A DNA stretch of 64,000 bases from Chloroflexota bacterium. Its GTDB lineage: Bacteria; Chloroflexota; Limnocylindria; Limnocylindrales; CSP1-4. Every line of letters starts with the position of its first letter. The stretch's first letter is position 1. A program made the position numbers and the translations under genes. This document shows, in pieces, positions 63,271 through 64,000 of the stretch. The stretch lies in NCBI GenBank assembly GCA_034667005.1, contig JAXDKU010000077.1, forward strand, positions 12,784-76,783, written 5' to 3'. The notes below the pieces were generated by a model, which was not told the DNA's origin, searched no databases, and saw only the letters and a program-made list of their open reading frames with translations.

Positions 63271-64000
63271 TCACTCGGTCCTTGGATACTTCCGGTCCGT
63301 GGCTGCCTCCAGCTTGGAAGGCGTGCGCCGAAGGTACTCGCCGCCACCCTCGCTGACAATCTCGCCATCCCTGGCGATGACCCTGCCCCGCAGCATCGTC
63401 AGGATGGGGAAGCCCTTGACCTCGCGCCCCTCCCAGATCGAGGCCGGGGCAATGGAATGGAACGCCTTCGGGTTCGACGTGGAGATGGTCTCCTCGCGCT
63501 CGAGGTCCACGATCACCAGGTCCGCGTCGCTGCCCGGCAGGATGGCGCCCTTCCGCGGGTAGACGCCGAAGCGGCGCGCCGTGTTGTAGCTGGTCACCGC
63601 GACGAGCTGCTCCATGGTCAGCCGGCCGCGGTTGACGCCCTCGCTGAGCATCAGCGGGAGCACGTGCTCGGTGCTCGCCATCCGGGCGTGGCCGGGGCCC
63701 CACATGTCGGGGAAGCCCTCGCCGGGGATGTGGTCCGAGCCCATGCACTCCACGGTGCCGTTGGCCAGGCCCTGCCAGAGCGCCTCGTTGTCCGACTTGA
63801 GCCGGATCGGCGTGTTGATCTTCGCCCACTTGCCGGGCGGATCCGAGTACTTGTTGAGGATGATGTAGTGCGGGCACGTCTCGTTGACGATGGACGTGCC
63901 GCGCGCCCGCCAGATGTTGGACTCCTCGAGGCCCATCTTCGACGACGTGTGGACGATGTAGAGCGTGGTCCCGAGGACCAGCGCGAAATGCGAGTACTGG
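63271..64000 (-). CDS. hydantoinase / dihydropyrimidinase-type cyclic amidohydrolase (partial; the 5' end lies beyond the window)
   Basis: The reading frame is open to the right edge. The translation includes LYIVHTSS...ETCPHY and GSDH (metal Asp/His), plus the C-terminal beta-sandwich DADLV..D. Confidence 0.75.
   Translation of the reverse strand, partial: QYSHFALVLGTTLYIVHTSSKMGLEESNIWRARGTSIVNETCPHYIILNKYSDPPGKWAKINTPIRLKSDNEALWQGLANGTVECMGSDHIPGEGFPDMWGPGHARMASTEHVLPLMLSEGVNRGRLTMEQLVAVTSYNTARRFGVYPRKGAILPGSDADLVIVDLEREETISTSNPKAFHSIAPASIWEGREVKGFPILTMLRGRVIARDGEIVSEGGGEYLRRTPSKLEAATDRKYPRTE

Overview
High-GC (roughly 70%) bacterial chromosome segment that is densely coding: about 62 protein-coding genes and very short intergenic gaps. 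Many adjacent genes have 4-nt ATGA or GTGA stop/start overlaps, which suggests translational coupling. I found no rRNA, tRNA, CRISPR array, transposase, integrase or phage gene. Substrate-binding proteins carry lipoprotein signals followed by long Ala/Pro/Thr linkers, and GTG/TTG starts are common. This fits a monoderm high-GC lineage (Actinomycetota- or Chloroflexota-like), but taxonomy cannot be fixed from the sequence alone. The window reads as a catabolic super-island made of seven modules. (1) 1-3.5 kb: 2-oxoacid dehydrogenase E1-beta, a beta-hydroxyacid dehydrogenase and an amidohydrolase. (2) 3.6-17.1 kb: an IclR-controlled aromatic meta-cleavage cluster with hydratase, acylating acetaldehyde dehydrogenase, aldolase, C-C hydrolase, extradiol dioxygenase, a Rieske oxygenase, an M20 amidohydrolase and a NitT/TauT-type ABC importer. 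(3) 17.2-20.6 kb: an operon of a degenerate asparaginase-fold protein, a PNPOx-like protein and a CynX-type MFS transporter. (4) 20.7-22.1 kb: an orphan molybdo-hydroxylase FAD subunit followed by a 71-bp tandem repeat array and a run of AAACG/CGTTT hairpins. (5) 22.2-37.8 kb: a GntR-centred divergent regulon. One arm has a DapA-like aldolase, amidohydrolase, creatininase-family hydrolase, LLM oxidoreductase and Liv-type binding protein. The other arm has GntR, an FAD oxidase, LivHMGF-like importer genes and a form-II-CoxL-like Mo-hydroxylase (L-M-S-G order). (6) 37.9-44.4 kb: type-2 IPP isomerase plus an ABM protein, L-asparaginase, a VapBC toxin-antitoxin pair, a PrpF/RraA/LLM operon and a VOC protein. 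(7) 44.6-64 kb: three UbiD-family decarboxylases (two are close paralogues in direct orientation), two cyclic amidohydrolases, a second Mo-hydroxylase (S-L only) fused to a second NitT/TauT importer, DUF1989, a Cys-less isochorismatase-like protein, and further hydrolases. The items most worth follow-up are the 71-bp repeat and hairpin array, the degenerate asparaginase-fold operon, the three UbiD genes with duplicated copies, and the type-2 IDI sitting among UbiD genes with no UbiX in the window. All functional calls rest on motif and family recognition by eye from the translated ORFs. No database search was run.
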